Assembly (NCBI GenBank): GCA_002245135.1
Contig: NGBS01000315.1
Location: forward strand, 62,001 to 126,000
Direction: 5' to 3'
DNA from: Proteromonas lacertae
Taxonomy: Eukaryota
Length of the DNA stretch: 64,000 nucleotides
In this document: in pieces, positions 53,722 to 64,000 of the stretch
Numbering within the stretch: the first letter of the stretch is position 1
Layout: each line of letters starts with the position of its first letter
Translations under genes and position numbers: made by a program
The notes under the pieces: model-generated
Told to the model about the DNA's origin: nothing
The model's input: only the letters and a program-made list of their open reading frames with translations
Database searches by the model: none

Positions 53722-54609
53722 AAACAATACCTTTTAACACTATTACTAAGTACTTATTCATTCACATAAATCATTTACACAAACATCTCATATCACATAT
53801 AATTCATCATTTTATATCTCTTTCATTGGTATCTCACACTCTTACTATTCTTTTCTTTCTAACAGTCTAATATATACATGCTCATATCATTTCATCCAAC
53901 ATTCTATTATTATATACATCAAAAACTACATACACTTATTTTCATTCAATAGATTGAAAATCAGAAAATTCTAAAAATTTCATCAAGCCTAATGATTATT
54001 CAAACCCAATAAACAAAGAAATGCTATTTTTGTGATTACCATGAAGTATATTGGTGAAATGATGTGTATTTCGATGATGGTGATAATGATGAAATATGTG
54101 AATATGTATAGAATATATGATAGTAGTTGATAGTTTTGTAAAAGTGAGTGAAAGATAATATTAGAATTACATAAAATGAAAGATGATATAAAACAGTGAA
54201 ATCTAATGTTTAATGATTTATTGTAGTATAGTGTTCAAAAATTGTGTGTAAGTTGTTTTTGAATAGTTTAAAAGCTGTGTATGATGATAATATGATAACA
54301 TGAATATGGTGTGAGTGTAAGTGTGATGAATATATGATTGTGTGGATTAATAAAAGTGAAAATAAGAATATATTCGAGAAAATTCTGAGAAAAGAATCAA
54401 GCCAAATATATTCTAAGAATATTTTATTTATAAAAATCAAGATGAATAAATGTATGTTGAAATATAGTGAAAAAAATGATATAGAATTGTATGTGATGAA
54501 ATTATAATGAAAATTCAATCCCAGATATATCTCAAGCCAAGAAATAAAGAAATGTTTTATTTGTGGTTATTATGAACTATATTGCTGAAATGAAATGTAT
54601 TTAGATGAT
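53722..54609. repeat. About 870-bp dispersed repeat, copy 1
   Basis: Near-identical to 56925-57790; also matches 60649-61352 (inverted) and 61660-62141 (partial). Confidence 0.9.
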
Positions 54610-54951
54610 AATAATATGAAATTTAAATACGTATAGTATAGATGATATTGTTTGACAAATTTCTAACTGTTATGTTAGATTTATGTTGTTTGTGTGATTT
54701 CTGTGATGGGATTTAAAGAATTTAATTTAATTTTTTAGGTAAAATATGATTATCTTTTCTACTTCATCATTTGTTGCTATCAAGTAATTTACATCTTTCC
54801 ACAACAATAAGAATTTGATGAAATTCAATACAAGAGCCATAACATTTCTTCTATATGTATTAAATTGTTCATTTGTATCATAAATCTTTGTATGCTTTTT
54901 AATAAAACTCTTTGTAATTTTAGTAGTTATTCTTGGATAGTGTATTATTTT

Positions 54952-56761
54952 TCAGGATAGAAAATATGATAATTTGTAAGAATTTTTGCTGCATCTCTGA
55001 TGTGACAAATTGTCATAAACAAAATATGAGTTTGGCATATGATACATAGGGCATTTATCATTATATACATACTCCCCATCATAATTTACATATTTTTCAA
55101 TTATCTTAATAATCCTCTTTGTTAGTAATTTTAAGTAAAATAAACTAAAATGATTTGAGTCGGAGTATATTGGTTGATAATTATAGTAATATAGGCATTT
55201 TTTATCGTTAATAATGCTTTCATCCCATAATCTCACAACATCTATTCTGCTATTATTCGGTTCTATAAATTGTTGAGGTATTATACATGTTTTATTTATC
55301 TCCCCAAAGCAATTATCATTGTTTTTATCCAAACATGAATTCGGATCAACTGTATGATAAGGATTATCATTAATTAATATTAATCTATCACACATTGTTG
55401 TTACTTTAATTGCTGTATTATAAATATTTAATAATGATACTTTTTCATCAATACTATTCCCTAACATACATAATTTAAAATGATATTTCTCCTTTATTTG
55501 ATAAATATTTATTCATTATTTGATTATTATAAGAATATCTATGAATAAATATATGCAGTAGTTGGTATTTGAATCTATACTCACTTTTTAATACAGCTAT
55601 TATATACTGTTCAATATGAGAATCACCAATAAATAAAATTGATGATTTATATATTCTTGATTTATCATTCAAGCAACAATAACTTCTTTGATATATAATA
55701 AACTCACCCATAAGCTCTGCAGTAGTGTAATGTTTAATATTTCTTAATTTGGTATTTGTTTGTTTATTTAGATTTTTAATTAGCATATAAGCATAAACGA
55801 TAAACAATAGAGACATAATGTAAGTTAATCTATCTGATAGAATGAAATATCCTTTATAAAAAGGTTTCTCTACTACATTATAGGATAATAATACACATAT
55901 TATCAATGAGATATAGTAATTCAGAAATGAACTTTTAACAATAGTTTTGAGAGGAAAATGAATCAAATATATTGAATAAGATAAATTTCCAATGAAAGAA
56001 ATTACATTACTAGTAATAAGTGAATTTCTTTCAGATGAACATAACACACATAAACTAAGAATAACTGGTAAAACTACATTATAGCTAGTCATAAATATTA
56101 TAGATATATTTGGATAATAAAATATGCTATACTTATCTATAGAAGGTATATATCTTATCATTGCACCTAAGAGAAATTCCCAAGAACGACTAGAAAGAAA
56201 AAAATATCCTTTATTTCGATTATAAGTTCCATAATATACACATACAATCAATGAAAATATTGATATTATTATATATATAACAATAACATTACTAAATAAC
56301 ATCCATATAATAACTGGAGCAACAATATAGAATTGTTCTTCTAACGATAATGACCAATAATGAAGAAGAGGACTTTCTTTTAACCCAGTATGAAAATAAT
56401 CTACTTTATTGAAGTAGAAATTGTAATTTGCATATATTAATAAGCTGGCTTTTGCATCATTTCTATATATAGAAAAATAGGTGAAATCATATTTGTATGT
56501 ATAAAAAGTAACTGCCATTAGTGTTAATAATGAAGCTGGTAGTAATCTTCTTAATCTTGCAGAATAGAATGTTATATAAAATCTATTCTTTTGATTGTTT
56601 ATTCTATCTTCTATTGAATAACATACCAAGAATCCTGATAAAACAAAGAAAATATCTACACCAATAAACCCTCCCGATATTATTTTTGGATAAAGATGAT
56701 AAAATAAAACAAATAAAACAGCAATTCCTCTTAATCCTTGAATATCATGTCTAAAATTCAT
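54952..56761 (-). CDS. OafA/OatA-like O-acyltransferase (acyltransferase-3 + SGNH domain), one frameshift near 55480
   Basis: RHDIQGLRGIAV, GFIGVDIFFVLSGF, HYWSLSLEEQFY, RSWEFLLG, SGNH IGDSH and a C-terminal YSDSNH (DxxH); no introns seen. Confidence 0.85.
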
Positions 56762-56924
56762 TTCTACTATTACAATATTTCATATTAATAAATTAAGTCT
56801 TCTTTCACTGTGTTCTTATCATTAATATTATTTATTCAAACAATATGCAACATATAACACACAATGGTTCACCATTTCCACAGCATAATCGATTATTATA
56901 TCAAATTAATTATATGTTACATAT

Positions 56925-57790
56925 TAACAACACCTTTTAACACTAATATTATTACTAAAAACTTATCATTTTATATATCACATATAATTCATCATTTTAT
57001 ATCTCTTTCATTGGTTTCTCACACTCTTACTATTCTTTTCTTTCTAACAGTCTAATATATACATGCTCATATCATTTCATCCAACATTCTATTATTATAT
57101 ACATCAAAATCTACATACACTTATTTTCATTCAATAGATTGAAAATCAGAAAATTCTAAGAATTTCATCAAGCCTAATGATTATTCAAACCCAATAAACA
57201 AAGAAATTCTATTTTTGTGATTTACTCTGAAGTATATTGGTGAAATGATGTGTATTTCGATGATGGTGATAATGATGAAATATGTGACTATGTATAGAAT
57301 AGATGATAATATTTGGTATAATTGTAAAAGTGAGTGAAAGGTAATATTAGAATTATATAAAATGAAAGATAAAAAAGTGAAATCTAATGTTTAATGGTTT
57401 ATTGTAGTATAGTGTTCAAAAATTGTGTGTAAGTTGTTTTTGAACAGTTTAAAAGCTGTGTATGATGATAATATGATAATGTGAATATGGTGTGAGTGTG
57501 AATGTGATGAATATATGATTGTGTAGAGTAATAAAAGTGAAAATAAGAATATATTCGAGAAAATTCTGAGAAAAGAATCAAGCCAAATATATTCTAAGAA
57601 TATTTTATTTATAAAAATCAAGATGAATTAATGTATGTTGAAATATAGTGAAAAAAATGATATAGAATTGTATGTGATGAAATTATAATGAAAATTCAAT
57701 CCCAAATATATCTCAAGCCAAGAAATAAAGAAATGTTTTATTTGTGGTTATTATGAACTATATTGCTGAAATATAGTGTAATTAGATAAT
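56925..57790. repeat. About 870-bp dispersed repeat, copy 2
   Basis: Direct repeat of 53722-54609. Confidence 0.9.
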
Positions 57791-58312
57791 CATGTGAGTG
57801 AAAAGTATGTTAGAGTTATCTGATGGAGTATGATGATCAAAGTTGTATGTAATAATAATTAGCATCTAATTGTTGATTAAGATATTCAGTTTATGTGTTT
57901 GATCATCACAATATTTCGTCAATCTATCATATTTTTTTTTTCAATTATTTTATTTCTATTGTTGTAATATTTATGCAATAATAATAATCATGTAATAATT
58001 GATATTCTTTTCTACTTAATCTATAACTTATGACTTTATATTTTATTACATCATAATGTGATAAATCTGCAAAAAAATCTAACATATTGTGTTTATACAA
58101 TTGGTATATATATCATCTCAATAACTTGATACAAAATTCTACTTGATTTTGATTGCAAATCATCAAGAAAATAAAAGAATGTTCATCCTCTTTATTTTAA
58201 ATTGATTTTGATAAATTATTTTTATTTAATATACTTGGTTTTATTTTTCTAATTTGATTCTTAATATTTCTTGATTTTTTGAATTATTTTATAAAATTAA
58301 ATTATTAAATAA

Positions 58313-59350
58313 TTAATTTTTAATTTTAATTATATTATCATTCTTATCAAATTTTATTTTATCATTGTCATGATTCTTTTCTACATAGTAATACTTCACA
58401 TATTCACATAATCTACAAATAGTAAATGAATAATCAACATCAAATCTATCATACCATTCTTTACTATATGAATTTGTCCAAGATATATACTCATGTAATA
58501 TTTTATCATTATCTTTAATTGAAACTATATATTTCATCATATCATCATAGTTTTTATAATCTCCACTGAATATTACTGATTTTTTATTAGGAAAATACAA
58601 ATGAGAATTTCTTGGACCAAAATATATAGGAATTGAACCAACTTTAAAACAATCCAACAATTTCTCTGTTACATAATAATCATCAATTTCATTTGAATGT
58701 ATTTTACCCCATTTAACACTATGAATTGAATTTTCTATTGCTATACAAAATTTATATTTTTTAAGCAAGTCAATTTTATCTTTTGAATATGGATTATTGA
58801 ATGCTGAGCCATATTTATCAACATTCAAGTAATTATTTATTAATTCTATTATCTTGTTTCTATTTCTATATTTTTTACCATATACTGCCACACCAGCTGT
58901 TTTTCTTAATGAGAATGGATAGTCTTTCAAAGCCTTTATAGCTGATTTAATTATACTACTAGCATTATGACCTGTGAAATATGTCATAGCAAAATTGTGT
59001 TTTGTATAATACAATCGATAAGTAACTGCAAACTGAAAATCTTTATCTTGACCTTCTGATATTCTATAACTTCTAGGCCATCTTTGTTGTGGTTCTAGAT
59101 TCACATCAATATTTAAGCTGTTATGTTCATGTTGTTTGTAGTAATTGAACAAATCACTATACATATATCCTGTTGAGTTTTTATTATTATTTTCAGCTAT
59201 TTCACACACTACATTATAAGGACAATTTTGTTTTGACACATATATTGAAAACCAATGAAAGAAACTACTTCTAATATTCAACACAATATGTGTAGGATGA
59301 CTCTTACTAAGTATAGAAATAATAAACAAAAGTAATATAGAACAATTCAT
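58313..59350 (-). CDS. Alpha-1,3/4-fucosyltransferase (GT10)
   Basis: YKFCIAIENS...DYYVTEKLLDCFKVGSIPIYFG GT10 motif, NLEP and VTYR; N-terminal hydrophobic segment; intronless. Confidence 0.88.
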   Translation of the reverse strand: MNCSILLLFIISILSKSHPTHIVLNIRSSFFHWFSIYVSKQNCPYNVVCEIAENNNKNSTGYMYSDLFNYYKQHEHNSLNIDVNLEPQQRWPRSYRISEGQDKDFQFAVTYRLYYTKHNFAMTYFTGHNASSIIKSAIKALKDYPFSLRKTAGVAVYGKKYRNRNKIIELINNYLNVDKYGSAFNNPYSKDKIDLLKKYKFCIAIENSIHSVKWGKIHSNEIDDYYVTEKLLDCFKVGSIPIYFGPRNSHLYFPNKKSVIFSGDYKNYDDMMKYIVSIKDNDKILHEYISWTNSYSKEWYDRFDVDYSFTICRLCEYVKYYYVEKNHDNDKIKFDKNDNIIKIKN

Positions 59351-59379
59351 GATATATTATCATGAAAATTTGTATTTTA

Positions 59380-60489
59380 TTAATTACATCCATATAATTC
59401 TACATTCTTTACTAAAAATTCATATATTGATAATTTAGATTTATAATAAGCAATTCCACTAAATGAACTAGATGATGTTAAAAACAATATTTTACATTCT
59501 GATAATATATGAGCTTCAACAACAGAATATATAAATCCATCTGTTACTCTTGAAGCAGATCCTCTGGAATAAACTTTCTCATGAATATCATTAACAACAT
59601 ATTCAAGATATTTTGATTTATATTTCATTAATATCTCATTATCATCACTTGAAATATACCATTCTACATTTTTTAATTTCTTTGATATTTTTGTGGCATT
59701 TTGAATTGCTTCTTCTATTTGTTGATTATTTAAAAATGTCACTCCTCTATCATTCCATCCTTTGTGATTTGTTCTAAAATGAAATCCTATCAATAATTTA
59801 TTCTTTGACAACTTATTTGTTATTTTCATTATTTCATTTTCGACCAATTTTGATGGTTTGAAGAAGAATTTATATAAGAAATGTCTTATTTCAGTTGATT
59901 GTTTATCAATAATATTCTTTGATCTTTCAGTTATTAATCCAGAATTCTTGAGTTTATTACCAAAATTACCATATTTTATAAATGATTCAGTCAAATCACA
60001 ACATGTTAAAAATTTCAAATGATCTTCATTTATTGAGGATATTTCTTTGAGTTGATTTTCATTAAAACAGGTTATATAATCAAAATATCTTCTACCACCA
60101 TTAATAACGCTAGGAACATGAATTGTTGAAAGCGGAGTTGAGAAATATGAATCAAAAATATTCCAATTCTGTAACAATATTGCTCTATCACTCATCATTG
60201 ACAAAAATGTTACTCCAACAAGAGTTCGTAATTTATTTCCCATTCCACCACTTGGATGTTGATAATACACTAAACTTCGACTTTTTGTTTTATTTAACAA
60301 ACCTTTTACCCATTCTTTATGTTTTTCAGTATATAATGAAAAAAACTTTGGAGGTGTATTGTAAGGGTTGTTCTTTTTATCAACATTTGTATATTTTCTA
60401 TTATTTGACTTTACTATTTTTGATATATGTAAAATTGGAATAAATAATATTAACAATGAACAAACAATAATATCTAGACATTTACTCAT
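59380..60489 (-). CDS. GT-B fucosyltransferase of the GT11/GT23/GT37/NodZ superfamily
   Basis: GGMGNKL, motif I IGFHFRT, motif II WYISSDD, motif III ILSECKILFLTSSSSFSGIA; type II signal anchor; intronless. Confidence 0.8.
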   Translation of the reverse strand: MSKCLDIIVCSLLILFIPILHISKIVKSNNRKYTNVDKKNNPYNTPPKFFSLYTEKHKEWVKGLLNKTKSRSLVYYQHPSGGMGNKLRTLVGVTFLSMMSDRAILLQNWNIFDSYFSTPLSTIHVPSVINGGRRYFDYITCFNENQLKEISSINEDHLKFLTCCDLTESFIKYGNFGNKLKNSGLITERSKNIIDKQSTEIRHFLYKFFFKPSKLVENEIMKITNKLSKNKLLIGFHFRTNHKGWNDRGVTFLNNQQIEEAIQNATKISKKLKNVEWYISSDDNEILMKYKSKYLEYVVNDIHEKVYSRGSASRVTDGFIYSVVEAHILSECKILFLTSSSSFSGIAYYKSKLSIYEFLVKNVELYGCN

Positions 60490-60648
60490 ACAACTCTTTT
60501 ATTCATATATTTATTATTAACACATTTTTCACATTTCATTTTTCAAAATAAATTATTCTATCTATTTCTAAAGAATTTATTTCATTAATATTCATACTCT
60601 CTACATTTAAATAATAAGCAACTTCAAAATACTATTAATGTAAATTTG

Positions 60649-61352
60649 TCATATACAATTCTATATCATTTTTTTCATTATATTTCAACATACATTAATT
60701 CATCTTGATTTTTATAAATAAAATATTCTTAAAATATATTTGGCTTGATTCTTTTCTCAGAATTTTCTCGAATATATTCTTATTTTCACTTTTATTACTC
60801 TACACAATTATATATTCATCACACTTACACTCATATCATATTCACATTATCATATTATCATCATACACAGCTTTTAAACTGTTCAAAAACAACTTAGATA
60901 CAATTTTGAATCACTATACTACAATTAAACATTAAACATTAGATTTCACTTTTTTATCTTTCATTTTATATAATTCTAATATTACCTTTCACTCACTTTT
61001 ACAATTATACCAAATATTATCATCTATTCTATACATAGTCACATATTTCATCATTATCACCATCATCGAAATACACATCATTTCACCATTATACTTCATA
61101 GTAATCACAAAAATAGAATTTCTTTGTTTATTGGGTTTGAATAATCATTAGGCTTGATGAAATTTTTAGAATTTTCTGATTTTCAATCTATTGAATGAAA
61201 ATAAGTGTATGTAGATTTTGATGTATATAATAATAGAATGTTGGATGAAATGATATGAGCATGTATATATTAGACTGTTAGAAAGAAAAGAATAGTAAGA
61301 GTGTGAGAAACCAATGAAAGAGATATAAAATGATGAATTATATGTGATATAT
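60649..61352. repeat. About 870-bp dispersed repeat, copy 3 (inverted, partial)
   Basis: Reverse complement of about 56975-57680. Confidence 0.88.
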
Positions 61353-61659
61353 ATTTAACATGTCAACAGTAGCATAGGGCAGTTTAAAATATTTTATTTA
61401 TTAAAAATAACACGCATGTTAATAAATAGTAATGAAAATGAATATGGCTTTTCTTTGTTGCTGTATTATTCAATACCAAAAATGAGAGATAATTTTAAGC
61501 AGTTGTAAATACGTATTATTTTAGTTTTATATTTGGAAGTAGATATAGAAAAGAAAAATAAAGTGAAATTATTATCTATTTAAGATTATTATTGTAATAT
61601 AAATTCAAATTATATCTATTTTAATTTATCACTAAGTAATTTGTTATTGGTATGTTTTA

Positions 61660-62141
61660 AGAATCAGAAAATTTGAAAATTTTAAGAATCTTATCAAGCC
61701 AAATAATTATTCAAGCCCAAGAAACAAAGAAATTCTATTTTTGTGATTACTATGAAGTATATTGGTGTAATGATGTGCATTTCGATGATTGGTGTAATTG
61801 TAAAAGTGAGTGAAAAATAATATTAGTATTACATAAAATGAAAGATAAAAAAGTAAAATCTAATGTTTAATGGTTTATTGTAGTATAGTGATCCAAAATT
61901 GTATCTAAGTTGTATTTGAACAGTTTAAAATCTGTGTATGATAAAATGAATATGATGTGAGTGTGAATGTAATGAATATATGATTGTGTGGAGTAATAAA
62001 AGTGAAAATAAGAATATATTCGAGAAAATTCTGAGAAAAGAATCAAGCCAAATATATTATAAGAATATTTTATTTATAAAAATCAAGATGAATTAATGTA
62101 TGTTGAAATATAATGAAAAAAATGATATAGAATTGTATATG
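61660..62141. repeat. About 870-bp dispersed repeat, copy 4 (partial, more diverged)
   Basis: Matches about 57143-57680 with deletions. Confidence 0.8.
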
Positions 62142-62302
62142 ACAAATTTACATTTAATAGTATTTTGAAGTTGCTTATTATTTAAATGTAGAGAGTATGA
62201 ATATTAATGAAATAAATTCTTTAGAAATAGATAGAATAATTTATTTTGAAAAATGAAATGTGAAAAATGTGTTAATAATAAATATATGAATAAAAGAGTT
62301 GT

Positions 62303-63412
62303 ATGAGTAAATGTCTAGATATTATTGTTTGTTCATTGTTAATATTATTTATTCCAATTTTACATATATCAAAAATAGTAAAGTCAAATAATAGAAAATA
62401 TACAAATGTTGATAAAAAGAACAACCCTTACAATACACCTCCAAATTTTTTCATTATATACTGAAAAACATAAAGAATGGGTAAAAGGTTTGTTAAATAA
62501 AACAAAAAGTCGAAGTTTAGTGTATTATCAACATCCAAGTGGTGGAATGGGAAATAAATTACGAACTCTTGTTGGAGTAACATTTTTGTCAATGATGAGT
62601 GATAGAGCAATATTGTTACAGAATTGGAATACTTTGATTCATATTTCTCAACTCCGCTTTCAACAATTCATGTTCCTAGCGTTATTAATGGTGGTAGAAG
62701 ATATTTTGATTATATAACCTGTTTTAATGAAAATCAACTCAAAGAAATATCCTCAATAAATGAAGATCATTTGAAATTTTTTTAACATGTTGTGATTTGA
62801 CTGAATCATTTATAAAATATGGTAATTTTTGGTAATAAACTCAAGAATTCTGGATTAATAACTGAAAGATCAAAGAATATTATTGATAAACAATCAACTG
62901 AAATAAGACATTTCTTATATAAATTCTTCTTCAAACCATCAAAATTGGTCGAAAATGAAATAATGAAAATAACAAATAAGTTGTCAAAGAATAAATTATT
63001 GATAGGATTTCATTTTAGAACAAATCACAAAGGATGGAATGATAGAGGAGTGACATTTTTAAATAATCAACAAATAGAAGAAGCAATTCAAAATGCCACA
63101 AAAATATCAAAGAAATTAAAAAATGTAGAATGGTATATTTCAAGTGATGATAATGAGATATTAATGAAATATAAATCAAAATATCTTGAATATGTTGTTA
63201 ATGATATTCATGAGAAAGTTTATTCCAGAGGATCTGCTTCAAGAGTAACAGATGGATTTATATATTCTGTTGTTGAAGCTCATATATTATCAGAATGTAA
63301 AATATTGTTTTAACATCATCTAGTTCATTTTAGTGGAATTGCTTATTATAAATCTAAATTATCAATATATGAATTTTTAGTAAAGAATGTAGAATTATAT
63401 GGATGTAATTAA
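62303..63412 (+). pseudogene. Frameshifted copy of the fucosyltransferase at 59380-60489
   Basis: Same sequence with indels near 62445, 62628, 62780, 62826, 63310 and 63330. Confidence 0.8.
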
Positions 63413-63441
63413 TAAAATACAAATTTTCATGATAATATATC

Positions 63442-63755
63442 ATGAATTGTTCTATATTACTTTTGTTTATTATTTCTATACTTAGTAAGAGTCATCCTAC
63501 ACATATTGTGTTGAATATTAGAAGTAGTTTCTTTCATTGGTTTTCAATATATGTGTCAAAACAAAATTGTCCTTATAATGTAGTGTGTGAAATAGCTGAA
63601 AATAATAATAAAAATTCAATAAGTAATATGTTGAATTACTGTCGACCTAAATATCGAAGAACCATAACAAAGATGGTTATGATAAAGATTTTCAGTTTGC
63701 AATTACTTATCGATTATATTATACAAAACGCAATTTTGCTATGACATATTTTACA
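63442..63755 (+). pseudogene. Truncated, decaying copy of the GT10 fucosyltransferase
   Basis: First 58 codons match 58313-59350, then deletions; similarity is lost near 63755. Confidence 0.8.
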
Positions 63756-64000
63756 TGTTATATTGCTAAGCAGTTTAATTATGTAAAATAAGAAGATGTA
63801 GAAAGAAAGTTAAATCTCATTCACTTTCAAAATGCAATTAAAAAATTGATATTGTTATATATATTTATGGAAATTTCTTTCATAAATGAATGATATAACT
63901 TATAATACTATTTCTAATAACATTTTGTATAAAACATTATATAAACAATAGCTATTTATATGCATAGGCGTATAGGAATATTGAATTTTTGTTGTTTATA

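Larger units (their letters stand above)
59173..63619. repeat. Inverted duplication: arms about 59173-61185 and 61660-63619
   Basis: The right arm is the reverse complement of the fucosyltransferase pair and its upstream region, with scattered 1-2 nt indels. Confidence 0.9.

Noticed and set aside
54210..60935. Repeated short ORFs (IFINKIFLEYIWLDSF...) at 54210, 57391 and 60705
   Set aside because: They arise from the 870-bp non-coding repeat; starts and lengths vary and composition reflects strand skew.
1..64000. CRISPR arrays, tRNAs or prokaryotic operons
   Set aside because: No regularly spaced repeat-spacer array or cloverleaf was noticed; the sequence is intron-containing eukaryotic DNA.

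Overview
AT-rich eukaryotic DNA with very short (about 25-45 nt) GTAT...TAG introns. This suggests a stramenopile, probably Blastocystis or a relative (inference from intron size, a mastigoneme-type EGF gene and a candidate AT-AC intron). Bases 1-18.2 kb are gene-dense housekeeping sequence: an EGF/mastigoneme-like gene, PLAA/DOA1, a divergent TUTase/Trf4-like gene, RBM42, GMPPA, a Cys-rich Zn-finger gene, RPN3 and acetyl-CoA carboxylase. From 18.2 kb the window becomes an accessory, rearranged region. Splicing the fragmented ORFs by hand shows five members of one Crinkler/RHS-like family. Three are giant genes (about 1540-2110 aa) with the layout NTPase-A + restriction-endonuclease-like domain + variable linker + NTPase-B, with partly shared intron positions. 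One has the permuted layout SPRY-like + NTPase-B + NTPase-A + REase remnant, and one is truncated. They are interspersed with three 5S rRNA genes, a candidate MITE, long inverted repeats, duplicated promoter pieces and host-gene relics. The last 10 kb hold repeat-flanked, intronless glycan-modifying genes (an OafA/OatA-like acyltransferase and two fucosyltransferases) plus an inverted duplication. Several single-base frameshifts fall in homopolymers and may be assembly errors. All calls come from manual reading; no database searches were run.
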